From: the human T2T-CHM13v2.0 reference genome, Homo sapiens
DNA: 64,000 bases
Strand: one strand, 5' to 3'
Assembly: GCF_009914755.1 (NCBI RefSeq)
Contig: NC_060930.1
Each line of letters starts with the position of its first letter. Positions within the stretch are counted from its first letter, which is position 1. The position numbers were made by a program, and so were the translations under genes. The notes beneath the pieces were generated by a model, which was not told where the DNA came from, ran no database searches, and saw only the letters and a program-made list of their open reading frames with translations. Below, piece after piece: positions 16,827 through 28,374 of this stretch.

Positions 16827-18206
16827 GCAGGGGAGGTGTGGGTTCTTTCCAGCCATCTCTGCCCCCGCACAGCCCTTTTCTTCTCTAAAATGATGATCTC
16901 TCCTCACATCCCACAGGCCCGTCAACCTCCTCTTCACGGATGGGACCACCCGTTTCTCCTGACTGGAAAGGAAAGGCGGTGCAGCTTTTGTTGGTGAAGT
17001 TGCACTCAGGATCAGAAAACAGAACGGCGGTCCTGGCGGGGGATGGTGCCTCTGACGTGGCAGGGCCCGTGTACTCTCGCCCATGGCCCTGCTGCTGGGC
17101 CCTGCAGGGGCTGCACGTTTGCCTGTGACAAGGGCCCCCGAGGCCACTCACAGAGCAGGCCTCCCCCATCCCCGCCAGGGCTCCACACTTCCTCACAGCT
17201 CCTGCGTCCTCACACAGCACGTCGGGGACTGAGACATGGTGACAAGGATTCTTCCAACACGGGGTGATTATAAATGGTCTCGTCCTCTTGTCCTTCCTCA
17301 GGAGCCCCGGCCACACTGAAAGCCTTGATGACAAAGAAGCAAGTCAGCCACCCCAGCCACTCCAGCAGTGGAGTGACCCCCTCTGGAGTCCCTCCCCTGC
17401 CATGGCCCCTCAGGGCCCTTTCAAGCCAGGGTACCTCTGTGCTGACAGGCTGGAAAGGCAGTAAGACACCTGGGCTGTCCCTGTCACTACCCGCGTTTTC
17501 ATTAGCAAAGAATAACTCCAGGGGAGGCTGTCAGGGTTGGCTGAGCAGCTAGGTGAGACCAAGGGGTACAATTTCATGGTGAAGAGAAACTCCCCAAATG
17601 TACCAACAGATGAAGGTCGCCAGCAGTGCCCTGGCCATCGGGAAAGCTCCTCTGGGTGGAACCAGGACCTGCTCACCACGGTGCTCCCCACTCGGATCCG
17701 GGACAGCGGCAAGGTGCAGCTAATACTTTTTGCCTTAATGAGCCGAAGAGGCCTCCGCAGGAACATGGAACTTTATCCCAGGGGCCATCTCCGTCCTCAT
17801 TCGAAGTTTTATGAAAGCACCTAAAGTGTCCAAGGTGCTGGACGCCAACCTCCATAGGGCACCACCGGCCCCAGGTGATGCAGCACAACTTCCGCGTGGC
17901 AGGACCCTCTTCTAGGGTCCGTCGGCTGGTGTACTTTAATTTAAGAGGTTCATATTCAGGAGGTAATTAATACCACAGAAAAAAAAAATAGCAGGCAAAC
18001 TCTCAAAGTGACCCCAGGGGCAGGAGATGAGTGTGACCAATTCAGTATCCCATCTGTTTCTGCATTTGAGGGAGATAGTCATGGGCAGCATCTCTAAAAG
18101 TTCGAGTCCATACATGTCTCTGTCCCTGCTGATTCCAGGAGGCTCACATTTTCAGGGAATATTAGTAAGACAATGGATCAGCCTCCATCAAAGCCCAAAA
18201 AACTAG

Positions 18207-18596
18207 TGTATTAGTTGATTCTCGCATTGCTACAGAGAAATTCCTGAGACTGGGTAATTTGTAAAGAAAAGAGGTTTATAATTGGCTTATGGCTCTGCAG
18301 GCTGTACAGGAAGCATGGACGCTTCTGCTTCTGGGGAGCCTCAGGGAGCTTTGACCCATGGCAGAAGGCAAAGCAGGAGCAGATGTCTCACATGACAGGA
18401 ATAGGACCAAGAGGGAGGTGGGGAGATGCCACACACTTTAAAACAACCGGATCTCATGAGAACTCAGGATTGCAACCACGGCACCATGAAAAACTGCACC
18501 CATGATCCAGTCACCTCCCACCGGACCTCACCTCCAGCACTGGGGATTGCATTTCAACATGAGATTTGGGTGGGGACACAGATTTAAACCATGTCA
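18207..18596 (-). mobile_element. MSTA/MSTB-type MaLR solo LTR
   Basis: TGTATTAG...CATGTCA ends; perfect 5-bp TSD ACTAG at 18202-18206 and 18597-18601. Confidence 0.92.
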
Positions 18597-19123
18597 ACTA
18601 GAAGAAGAGTGACAGCAGATCTAAACAGTGGAGTGACCCCTCTGCAGCTCCCAACCTTCCTCGGCGCAGGCAGGGAGATGACAGTCACCCGCATTGCAAA
18701 TACCAACATTTTAAAACTCTCAATAAAAAGTTTGTTTAAACTTTTAGAATCCTACTTTTTACCATAAAATGTGTACATAGGATATGTGACTAAGTTCTCA
18801 TCCCTCCATTGGTTGTTCTTTTCTTCAGTTTCTCCTGGCCTCAGTTTTGATCATAGAGGAGGCTCCTGGCCAGAGGCAAAGCCGCTGTTCCCTGGCAGTG
18901 ACAGCGTGGCCCAGAAAGGTGGCTTCAGGGAGTTCAGAGCATGAGGTGAGAATTATTTTTGGTGGTACAAAAATTAGTACTTTTCCATTTACCTGTTTAT
19001 GAGGTTTGTCTGTGAATGGTGAACATTCCTGAGACAGATACTTATTGAGAATCTATGACCTGCAACAGACTACCTTGTTGTATTTTGGCTTTTAGTTAAG
19101 ATGCTAGTTAATTATATATGTGT

Positions 19124-19290
19124 CAGGGGTTGACAGACGCTTTCTGTAAAGGGCCCAATAGGAAATATTTTAGGCCTCTGGGGCCCTGAGTTCTCCATAT
19201 CAATTGCTGACCTCCTCCCATGTAGCCCAAAGGCAGCCATGAAAATTATTGAACAAAAAGAGGCAGTAGGCTAGATTTTCGCTCACCCCT
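19124..19290 (-). mobile_element. MER58A-like hAT-Charlie MITE
   Basis: CAGGGGTTGACA...TTTCTGTAAAGGGCC...AAATATTTTAGGC. Confidence 0.72.
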
Positions 19291-19499
19291 GAGCTATAGA
19301 AACATCAGGTTGCTCCTTCAGCAACCTGAGCTATTGAACTACAAATCTAGAAAGAAGAGGAGGAAGACAATATAAACATCTCAGCAGTCACAGTAGAAAC
19401 CAACAGGTTTGTAAAGCCGAACTTCCACACTTGACACATAGACTAGCATAGTCTGAAGGCCATAGTCCCAACCAACTGACACCTTTTAAATGTTGTTAT

Positions 19500-19703
19500 A
19501 GGCTGCGTGTTGTTGTTCTACCTGCTTTTATAAAGTTTTATTGGCACAGCCGTGCCCATTGTTTACCTATTGTATTGTGTGTGGCCACTTTCCTGCTACA
19601 GGAAAAGCTGGCAAAGCTGGGTGACTCGAACAAAGACCCCATGGCTTGCAGAGCCTTAAATATTTGCTACTTGGCCTTTTAGAGAAAATGTTTGCCTCCT
19701 CTG
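19500..19703 (+). mobile_element. MER58A-like hAT-Charlie MITE
   Basis: TAAAGTTTTATTGGCACAGCC...AAATATTTGCTACTTGGCCTTTTAGAGAAAATGTTTGCC. Confidence 0.72.
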
Positions 19704-20917
19704 TCTTAGACTATCATTCTGAGGAGCAGATTTAGTAAAGCCTGTCCTAGGACATGGTTGTGGGCCCTATCTCTCCGGCAATATATTTAATAAAGGACCG
19801 ACAGTCTGTGTATGTTTATAAACATAAAAGTCCCAGAAGAAAAACAAACATGGATCTCATAATTGAAAATGAAGTCAATTAAGACAGCTCAAGCAGGTAC
19901 TCATCCAGAGTTCCATCTTAGACAAATAGGTACCTTAGGTACTTGGCATATTGACACGAACTCTCTCAAAGTACTTATTCCAGCTTTATCAACTAATTAG
20001 GGCAATTATTATATTTGCTTTGGTAATAGCAATTCTCTATCTCTCTCCAAGTAAATTAAATGCATATGCAAATATTCATTAAATGCCACAATATTTTTTA
20101 TCTTCTAACCTTTTAAAATGTATCAGATCACTGTTTTAAGGGTGGGGCTCTTTGGAAGAAGCCAGTAAAGGTGAGATCGTTGTAAGCCCGCACCAAAAAG
20201 ACATCTTGATTAGAGATGTTAGCGTTGGTCTAAAACATGAAAATATTAGTTGATGGTGAAATAAAATGCATAGGATATTATTTGGAGTTTGGTGTAATAA
20301 CAGAATGTAAGGATGAATAGAAACCAAGAAGCAAATCTCGCCCTTTCTGAGGCTGAGCAAATTGATGACCAGCTTCCCTTAGCAGCCAGCAGCACACAAC
20401 CTGAACTTGTCAATGTGTTTCTTCCTACTTGGGCAGTTCCCATGTCTGTCGATCACAAAAGAAGTAGACAACAGTAAATTCTCAAAAGGGAGGAATAAAT
20501 AATTGCTCAAAAAATTTCAAACAACTTGAATTTGGAAAGCCATGGCACAAATGTGACCCCTTTTTCAACTGCAACCCTCCAGTCCTCACTCCCTCCAGAC
20601 ACCTCCACTCAGTCTCCCTCTGCCCTCCCCAAGCACTCTCTTCTCCTTCTCTTTTCTTTTCTTTCTTTCTTTCTGACTCCTCTCTTACCTGCCACATCTG
20701 TGCTTGCTGTAGACTGTGGATCCCCCTCATCTTGGCAGAGCAGGAGCTCAATAGGGCATCGTGGAGGTGTGAGTAGGATGGGGGAGGATCTCTCCTCTGC
20801 CTCCGTGGAGAACACAGTGTGTGACATCACCGCAGCTATCCAGCTTCCTCAGGGAACACGTGCTCTAAGGTACCTAAAACTTATCCCTTTACATAACACA
20901 ATATGTCCTGCTTTTTC

Positions 20918-21476
20918 AAAAAATTTATGTATTTATTATATAAATTTAGGGGGGACAAGTAAAATTGTGTTACATGGATATGTTGTGTAGTGGTGAAGTC
21001 TGGGCTTTTAGTGTATCCATCACCAGAATAGTGAACGTTGCACCCGTTATGTAATTTCTTATCCTTCACTCCCATCCCATCTCCCTCCTTTCCGAGTCTC
21101 CAGTGTCTATTAACCCATGCTGTATATCCATGTGTACACATTATTTAGCTCCCACTTGGAAGTGAGAACATGCGGTATTTGACTTTGTTTCTGAGTTATT
21201 TCTTAAGACAATGGCTTCCAGTATCATCCATATTGCTGCAGAAGACATGATTGCATTCTTTTCCAGGTCTGAGTAGTAATCCATGGTGTGTATGAACCAC
21301 ATTTTCTTTATTCAATCATCCATTGACAGACACTTAGGTTGATTTCATGTCTTTGCTATTGACAATAATGCTGCCATAAATATACAAGTGCAGGTATATT
21401 TCTGATATAATGATTTCTTTCCTTTGGGTAGATACCCAGTAGTGGGACTGCTTGATGGAATGGTAGTTCTATTTTT
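20918..21476 (-). mobile_element. 5'-truncated L1MA2/3-type 3' end
   Basis: L1 3' UTR text; TSD AATATGTCCTGCTTTTTC (20900-20917) / AACATGTCCTGCTGTTTC (21477-21494). Confidence 0.9.
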
Positions 21477-21675
21477 AACATGTCCTGCTGTTTCATCTTA
21501 ATGTGCTCTGACTGATGAATGTTCAGCTATATTGACTGTATCCTGTTTAATCAAAGGGATTTGTATTATCATCTAAGGTCATTTGTCTCTTCCTTTAAGG
21601 AACTTAAAATCTAATTGAAGAGGCAAAACTAAGGTAAAACATTTGAGAAAGCAGGGAGTACTTGGAAAGCACCAG

Positions 21676-21767
21676 GGGATAGGGTAAAATGAAAGACATG
21701 TGTAGCAGTCTACCTCCCTCCGGGATAGGGTAAAATGACAGACGCATGCAGCAGTCTACCTCCCTCC
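21676..21767. repeat. Tandem duplication, 2 x 46 bp
   Basis: GGGATAGGGTAAAATGA...GCAGTCTACCTCCCTCC repeated directly. Confidence 0.9.
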
Positions 21768-24614
21768 AAGGACTGGCTTGATGTTGGCTTATTTTATCGA
21801 GCCCTCAGCCTTTCTGAAGTGCAAGTTCCGGCACAGGGGTTGATAATCCACAGTTCACAGACACTCAGCATGTCTACAAGCCCTCTGAATGTGCATGCAT
21901 TTGTGTTTCTGTGAGCAGTGCTCAGAGAGGAGGGTTGACAGCTTCCATCACATTCCCTAGGGCGATGCTCACCCCTACAGGTGCACACAAACATGCAAAA
22001 TACGAATCTGCTATAAAGTCTAAGTGTGTTTGAATAAGGAAGACAGGGTGGCAGTTTAGAGAAGCAAGGTTGGTGCGTCAGTCACTGGCAAAGAAGGAAA
22101 GTTGTGTGTGTGAGAATCAGAGGGAAATTGCTGGCCTGGGTAGTGGGGTTTTCCAGGGAGTGGTGCTGAGTAAGATGGCTGAAGATCAGCCTGCAGGAGC
22201 CGTGGGAGTTCAAGAGGGTCCCATGCAGCATGAGAGGACAGAGACTCAGTAAAGATTTGGAGCAGAAGAAACATCTGCTGAGGACAGGGCTCACTAGGGA
22301 GAAGAACGTTGGCTTGGTGAGAGCCTCTGGGAAACCCTGCTGTCAGATCAGTCTGGGGAACATTTTCTGCCGATAGCCAAACAAAAAAATAGGAGCGGAA
22401 CTTTACAGTGTGTCAGAAAACACATAAAAATTTTTAACAAAAAAGTCAAAATGTTTGTTTGATAAATGTATTCAAAGACAGTTTTTGCTAAGGATATGTT
22501 AAAGCTGACATTCATCATCATGTCACAGGAACTTTTATTTGTAATAGAACATGATACAGTTATGTGGACATTCAAAGCAAAATTGACAAAAATATAGGCC
22601 TGTGTGTCTTGTTTCCAGAGCGTCTCTTGAACATCTTCCAAATACTTAATTCTAGTGTCAGTGTCGTTAACTGTGATGAAGAAAAAACAATTATCCTGGA
22701 CAATGTCAATGGCTCACGTGGTGTCCAAGTTTAAGAACGTTTAGCACCAAAGGAAAATTATTTCAAACAGAGTTGGGTGTTTGAGTTAAAAAAAAAAAAA
22801 AAGTCCCAAGTAACCCACTGAAAGATGTTTAAGCACCTGTAACCATCAACACTTATTGAAGTGATGATAATTTTAACCTCAGAAACTTCTTCTACAGCTG
22901 TAGAAACATATTCTTCTTTTGAATTAATTTAGGTAAAATTGCAAAAAATATTTAGTGATTTGAAAGATAAGCAAATTTGTCTTTGCTTTCCTTTTGTCTT
23001 TGTCCAAAGACAGGAGAGGAAGAGAAGGGAAAAGGCGGAATTAACTACATAATTCATCATCATATATTTATTTGTTGACCTGGAAGAAAGCCCATTTGAA
23101 TTTCATTTTAAAGGATTATATTTAACGTTTAGAAATGTGAAACAGATTAAAAGTCCATATGCTGTTTTTATAAAAAATAAACATGAGGAAACTATACAGA
23201 ATATACAAGCTTAGTATTTTTTCCTTAAGTAAAATAATTTAAACATGTACTGTTTAAATGTGACAGTGGCTATCCTTCTTGTATGCTTATAGCACAGTGT
23301 GCAAAAATATCCTCTCTAAATTTATGATTAATATGTTTAATTAGAGACATTTCTCCTTGTAATGACTTGACAAGTATTCACTTCAATTAGTAACCATGCA
23401 CTCATAAACCAAATTAATATTCTGCTTCCTCCTTTAAGTGCAAAATTAATCTGAAAAATGTAATCAAATAAGCACTATATTTAAATGTGGTGTGCTTTCC
23501 TTCTTCTTCATCTCACTCTTCCTCTTCCTCCTCCTTCTATTCCTCCTTCTTCTTAAATGAAAATTGATTTAACTCATTCAAAAGGCTTTAAATCAAATCT
23601 ACCTAAGATCAGTCATAAGTAAAACTTAAACAAGTTTGTAAACCTTGGCAACAAACCACTTAACAAATTTTTGCACTGGTTCCTAGGAAAGTCTGATGGA
23701 TAAGATAACCATTTGTCTCAGAAGCTTTTTGTGCTTGGAGGCAAAGTTCTGACCTAGATAAAACCTAGGAGTGTCTGGAGCTCTATGGCTCTGTGACTCT
23801 ACAAGCCAAGAAGAATGTCTTCAGACTCTTGAGCCAACCACATCAAAGTATGAATTCCAGAAAACTTCATTTTGCCATTAAAAAACAAAGTGAAGCCCTG
23901 TTAATTGTGATACTATGTGCAAAGTTCAGAGACTTGAACATTTTCAAAAGACCAATTCTTCTGACTCAACAACCAAATGGGAAGAAAATATCTAGGCTGA
24001 TTTCAAGCCAAGATTTGTAATGCTGCAACTCTGAGGATATTACAATTGCCTCCAAAAGAAAGTAGTGGGAGCTTCCCTGCTTGAGATATTTCTGAAAGTG
24101 GATTAACCCTGGGGAAAAATTGGCATTGTCCTATGGAGAATGGGTTTGATGAATTCCTAGGTCCTTTTCATGGCCTTACCATGATTATAATAACCTGGTG
24201 GCAAGGAAAATCCAAAATGGTCCTTGGGCTCCTGCAGGCTGGGAGTCCTTTCTTGAGTAGAAACAGGAATGCTTTGTCCAGAACAAAAGCTAGTTGAATC
24301 TAGATATACCAGTACCATTTGGATGTGACTCCCCTCATTCCAGAAGTCCAGGACTGTGAAGAATGCTGATATCAGGATGCCTCACCATTGTGTTTCAATT
24401 ATTGAGGAATTACATGCTCTTGACAAAAACTAACAGATCCTTTTCTACCAAAATAATGATTCTCAAATGTTGGTATACATCAAAATTACCTATGCATCTG
24501 CAAAATAGTAACCATAATAACAGCATCTAGCTTTTGCTGAGCACTTAATCTATTGAAAAGTACTGCTTAAAGTTCATTATTTTAATTTCTCTGCCACATA
24601 ATAAGACCTAAGCT

Positions 24615-24800
24615 GTGGTGACAAGTTGGTAAATACTTAATAATTGGCTCTAAAAATCCCAAGTCCCTTATTCCTAGCATTTGCCAATTTCTGTGGTGTA
24701 AATACTCCTGCTATAGAATATTTGAAGCTAAGAATGGAACATTACTGAACCAGAGTAGAAAAGAGATACCCACAACTGGCTTTCTACGATGAAGAAAAAG
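24615..24800. mobile_element. MER63-like hAT fragment, flanked by MER5-like pieces
   Basis: AGCATTTGCCAATTTCTGTGGTGTAAATACTCC resembles MER63. Confidence 0.5.
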
Positions 24801-25022
24801 CACTAAGAAATTCCAGACCTTCTGAGTCAGAATTCTCCAGCAGTAAAACCTGGACATGAGCATTTTGACTCCACCAATTCTGCTGGTGGTTCTGATGTTC
24901 CCCCAGGTAAATAACTCTCCTGGGGTCCACCACATTAGCTCAAGGACAAAGAGAACCAGGGCTCAACATGTGTGTTTGTGTTCTTGGCTAATTGACATAT
25001 CCTGTGGAGAGGGTTTGGACCC

Positions 25023-28000
25023 TATGAACCAAAAATAGAAGTCTAAACGACTGAATAGGCCCCCAGCAACTGAATGGACACCCGCTTGGCCAAGGGGACC
25101 CCAAAGAAACCTGAAAAACTAGCTCAGGCCATAATGGGAGTTGGGGAATCAGACATCCCTTATTGTACATACCCTCCTCCCTTTGGAGTTTAAACAAAAC
25201 TGATCAGCATTATAATTCAAACAGAGACCTTAAGACACACAGAACAGATTCTTTGTAGCAATAAGACACCAAATTCCAACCTGACTCTTGTAGAGCATCA
25301 CATGACAGATAACAGGCACTGAGGAAAATAAAAGCGTTTTACCCCAAAATCTATTTCTTTGACATTTAGCTCTGCAAACTTGACTCTTGTGAGGGAAATT
25401 TGCTTGCTATAGATAATCTTCTCTTACGTCTTTTCTAGAGAGTCTGACATCTTTTAGGGTTAGATCAGAGACATTCATAATCTATTCTCTCTTAAGCCTG
25501 CTACCTGAAGGCTTCATCTACATGACAAGAATCTTGCCTTATGATATGATGTGGCTGTGTCCCCACCCAAATCTCATCTTGAATTCTACTTCCCATAAAT
25601 CCCCACGTGTCATGGGAGGGACCCAGTGGGAGATAATCAAATCATGGGGGCGGTTACCCCCATGCTGCTATTCTTGTGATAGTAAGTGAGTTCTCATGAG
25701 ATCTGATGGTTTTATAAGGGGCTTTTCCTCCCTTTACTTGGCACTTCTCCTTCCTGCCATCATGTGAATAAGGACACGTTTGTTTCCCCTTTCACTAAGA
25801 TTGTAAGCTTCCTGAGGCCTCCCCAGCCATGTGGAACTGAGTCAGTTAAACCTCTTTCATTTATAAATTACCTAGTCTTGAGCAGTTCTTTATAAAAGTG
25901 TGAGAATGGACTAATACAGTAAATTGGTACCAGGTAGTGGGGTGCTGCTATAAAGATACCCCAAAATGTAGAAGCAACTTTGGAAATGGGTAACAGGCAG
26001 AGGTTGAAACAGTTTGAAGGGCTCAGAAGAACACAGAAAGATGCAGGAAAGTTTGTAACTTCCTAGAGACTTGTTGAATGGCTTTGACCAAAATGCTAAT
26101 AGTGATATGGACAATGAAATCCAGGCTGAGGTGGTCTCAGATGGAAATGAGAAACTTCTTGGGAACTGGAGAAAAGGTTTGGCAAAGAGACTGGTGGCAT
26201 TTTGCCCCTTCCCTAGGGATCCGTGGAACTTTGAACTTGAGAGAGATGATTTAGGTTATCTGGCAAAAGAAATTTCTAAGCAGCAAAGCATGGAACAGAG
26301 CATAAAAGTTTGGAAAATTTGCAGCCCGACGATGTGATAGAAAAGAAAAATCCATTTTCTGGGAAGAAATTCAAGCCAGCTGCAGAAATTTGCATAAGTA
26401 ATGAGGAGCCAAATGTTAATCACCAAGACAATGGGGGAAATGTCTCCAGGGCATGTCAGAGACCTTCACAGCAGCCCCTCCCATCACAGGCCTAGAGGCC
26501 TAGGAGGGAAAAATGGTTTTGTGGGCTGGGACCAGAACCCCCCTACTCTATGCAGTCTCAGGACATGGTACCCTGCATCTCAGCTGCTTCAGCTCCAGTC
26601 GTGGCTAAAAGGGGCCAAGGTACAGCTCAAGCTGTTGCTCCAGAAGGTTTAAGTCCCAAGCCTTGGCAGCTTACATGTGGTCTTGGGCTTGTGGGTACAC
26701 AGAAGTCAAGAATTGAGGTTTAGGAACCTCCACCTAGATTTCAGAGGATGTATGGAAACACCGGGATGTCCAGGCAAAAGTTTGCTGCAGTGGCAGAGCC
26801 CTTATGGAGAACCTCTTCTAGGGCAGTATGGAAGGGAAATACCCTCTTCTAGGGCAGTATGGAAGGGAAATAACCTCTTCTAGGGCAGTATGGAAGGGGT
26901 TAGAGCCCCCCCACAGAGTCCCCACTGGGGCACTGCCTAGTGTAGTGGCGAGAAGAGGGCCACCATCCTCCAGATCCCAGAATGGTAGATCCACCGACAG
27001 CTTGCACCATGCATCTGGAAAAACTGCAGACACTCAATGCCAGCCTGTGAAAGCAGCCAGGAAGGGGGCTATACCCTGCAAAGCCACAGGGGCAGAGCTT
27101 CCCAAGGCCATCAGAGCCCACCTCCTGCATCAGTGTGACCTGGATGTGAGACATGGCATCAAAGGAGATCATTTTGGAACTCTAAGGTTTAATGACTTCC
27201 CTATTGGATGTTGGACTTGCATGGGGCCTGTGGCCCCTTAGTTTTGGCCAATTTCTCCCATTTGGAATGGGAGCATTTATCCAATGCCTGTAACCCCATT
27301 ATATCTAGGAAGTAACTAACTAACTAACTTGTTTTTAATTTTACTGGCTAGTAGGCAGAAAGAACTTGCTTTGTCTCAGATGAGACTTTGGACTTGGACT
27401 TTTGGGTTAATGCTAGAATGAGTTAAGACTTTTGGGGACTGTTGGGAAGTCGTGATTGTGTTTTGAAATGTGAGGACATGAGATTTGGGAGGAACCAGGG
27501 GCAGCCCCTGGTTGGAATGATATGGTTTGGCTGTGTCAGCACCTAAATCTCATCTGAAATTGTAGTTCCCATAATCCCCACCTGTCAAGGGAGGGACCTG
27601 GTGGGAAGAACTGAATCATGGTGGTATTACCTCCATGCTGCTGTTCTCATGATAGTGAGTGAGTTCTCACAAGATCTGATGGTTTTTAAAGGGGCTCTTC
27701 CCTCTTTTACCTGGCACTTCTCTTTCCTGCCATCATATGAAGAAGGAGTATTTGCTTCCCATTCTGCCGTGATTGGAAGTTTCCTGAGACCTCCCTAGCC
27801 ATGCAAAACTGTGAGTCAACCAAACCTCTTTCCTTTATAAATTAGCCAGTCTTGAGAATGTCCTTATAGCAGCATAAGAACGGACTAACATTCTTAAGCT
27901 CCAGTTTAACTCTTTTAACAAATTGTCAATCAGGAAATCTTTGAATTTGCCTATGACCTGGAAGCCCCTGCTTCAAGATGTCCTGCCTCTCTGGACTGAA

Positions 28001-28207
28001 CCAATGTACACCTTACACATACTGATTTATGTCTTTGCCTGTAACTACTATCTCCCTAAAGTGTATAAAACCAAGCTGTAACTCAGCCACCTTGGGCACA
28101 TGTTCTCAGGACCTCCTGAGGCTGTGTCACAGGCCGTGGTCCTTAACCTTGGCAAAATAAACCTCTAAATTGACTGAGACCTGTCTCAGATATTTTTTGG
28201 TTAACAA
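25023..28207 (+). mobile_element. MER4-family (ERV1) solo LTR split by a THE1 provirus
   Basis: 5' part GGCCAAGGGGACCCCAAAGAAACCTGAAAAACTAG; 3' part GGCAAAATAAACCTCTAAATTGACTGAGACCTGTCTCAGA. Confidence 0.8.
25542..27890 (+). mobile_element. Full-length THE1D-like MaLR: LTR 25542-25918, internal 25919-27517, LTR 27518-27890
   Basis: Two TGATATG...GGACTAA(TA)CA LTRs around THE1-int (starts GTAAATTGGTACCAG); ~2.35 kb. Confidence 0.93.
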
Positions 28208-28374
28208 CCCCAAGAGGAAATTTTAGACCCTCTCATACTAGTGCCCAAAGGAATCAAAACTTCACGTGAGCGACATAGCAAAAATAATATTTTGAAGTCT
28301 ATCCATTCCTACCCCTCAGCTACCGTGGTTTGGGTGAGAAAACAGAACTAGGCACCCTTGTGGGGTCCTCCACC

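Noticed and set aside
16273-16870. 115-181 aa minus-strand ORFs
   Set aside because: Translation of the (GA/CAGAGA)n repeat.
26071-27241. Cluster of plus-strand ORFs
   Set aside because: Broken remnants of the THE1 internal ORF.
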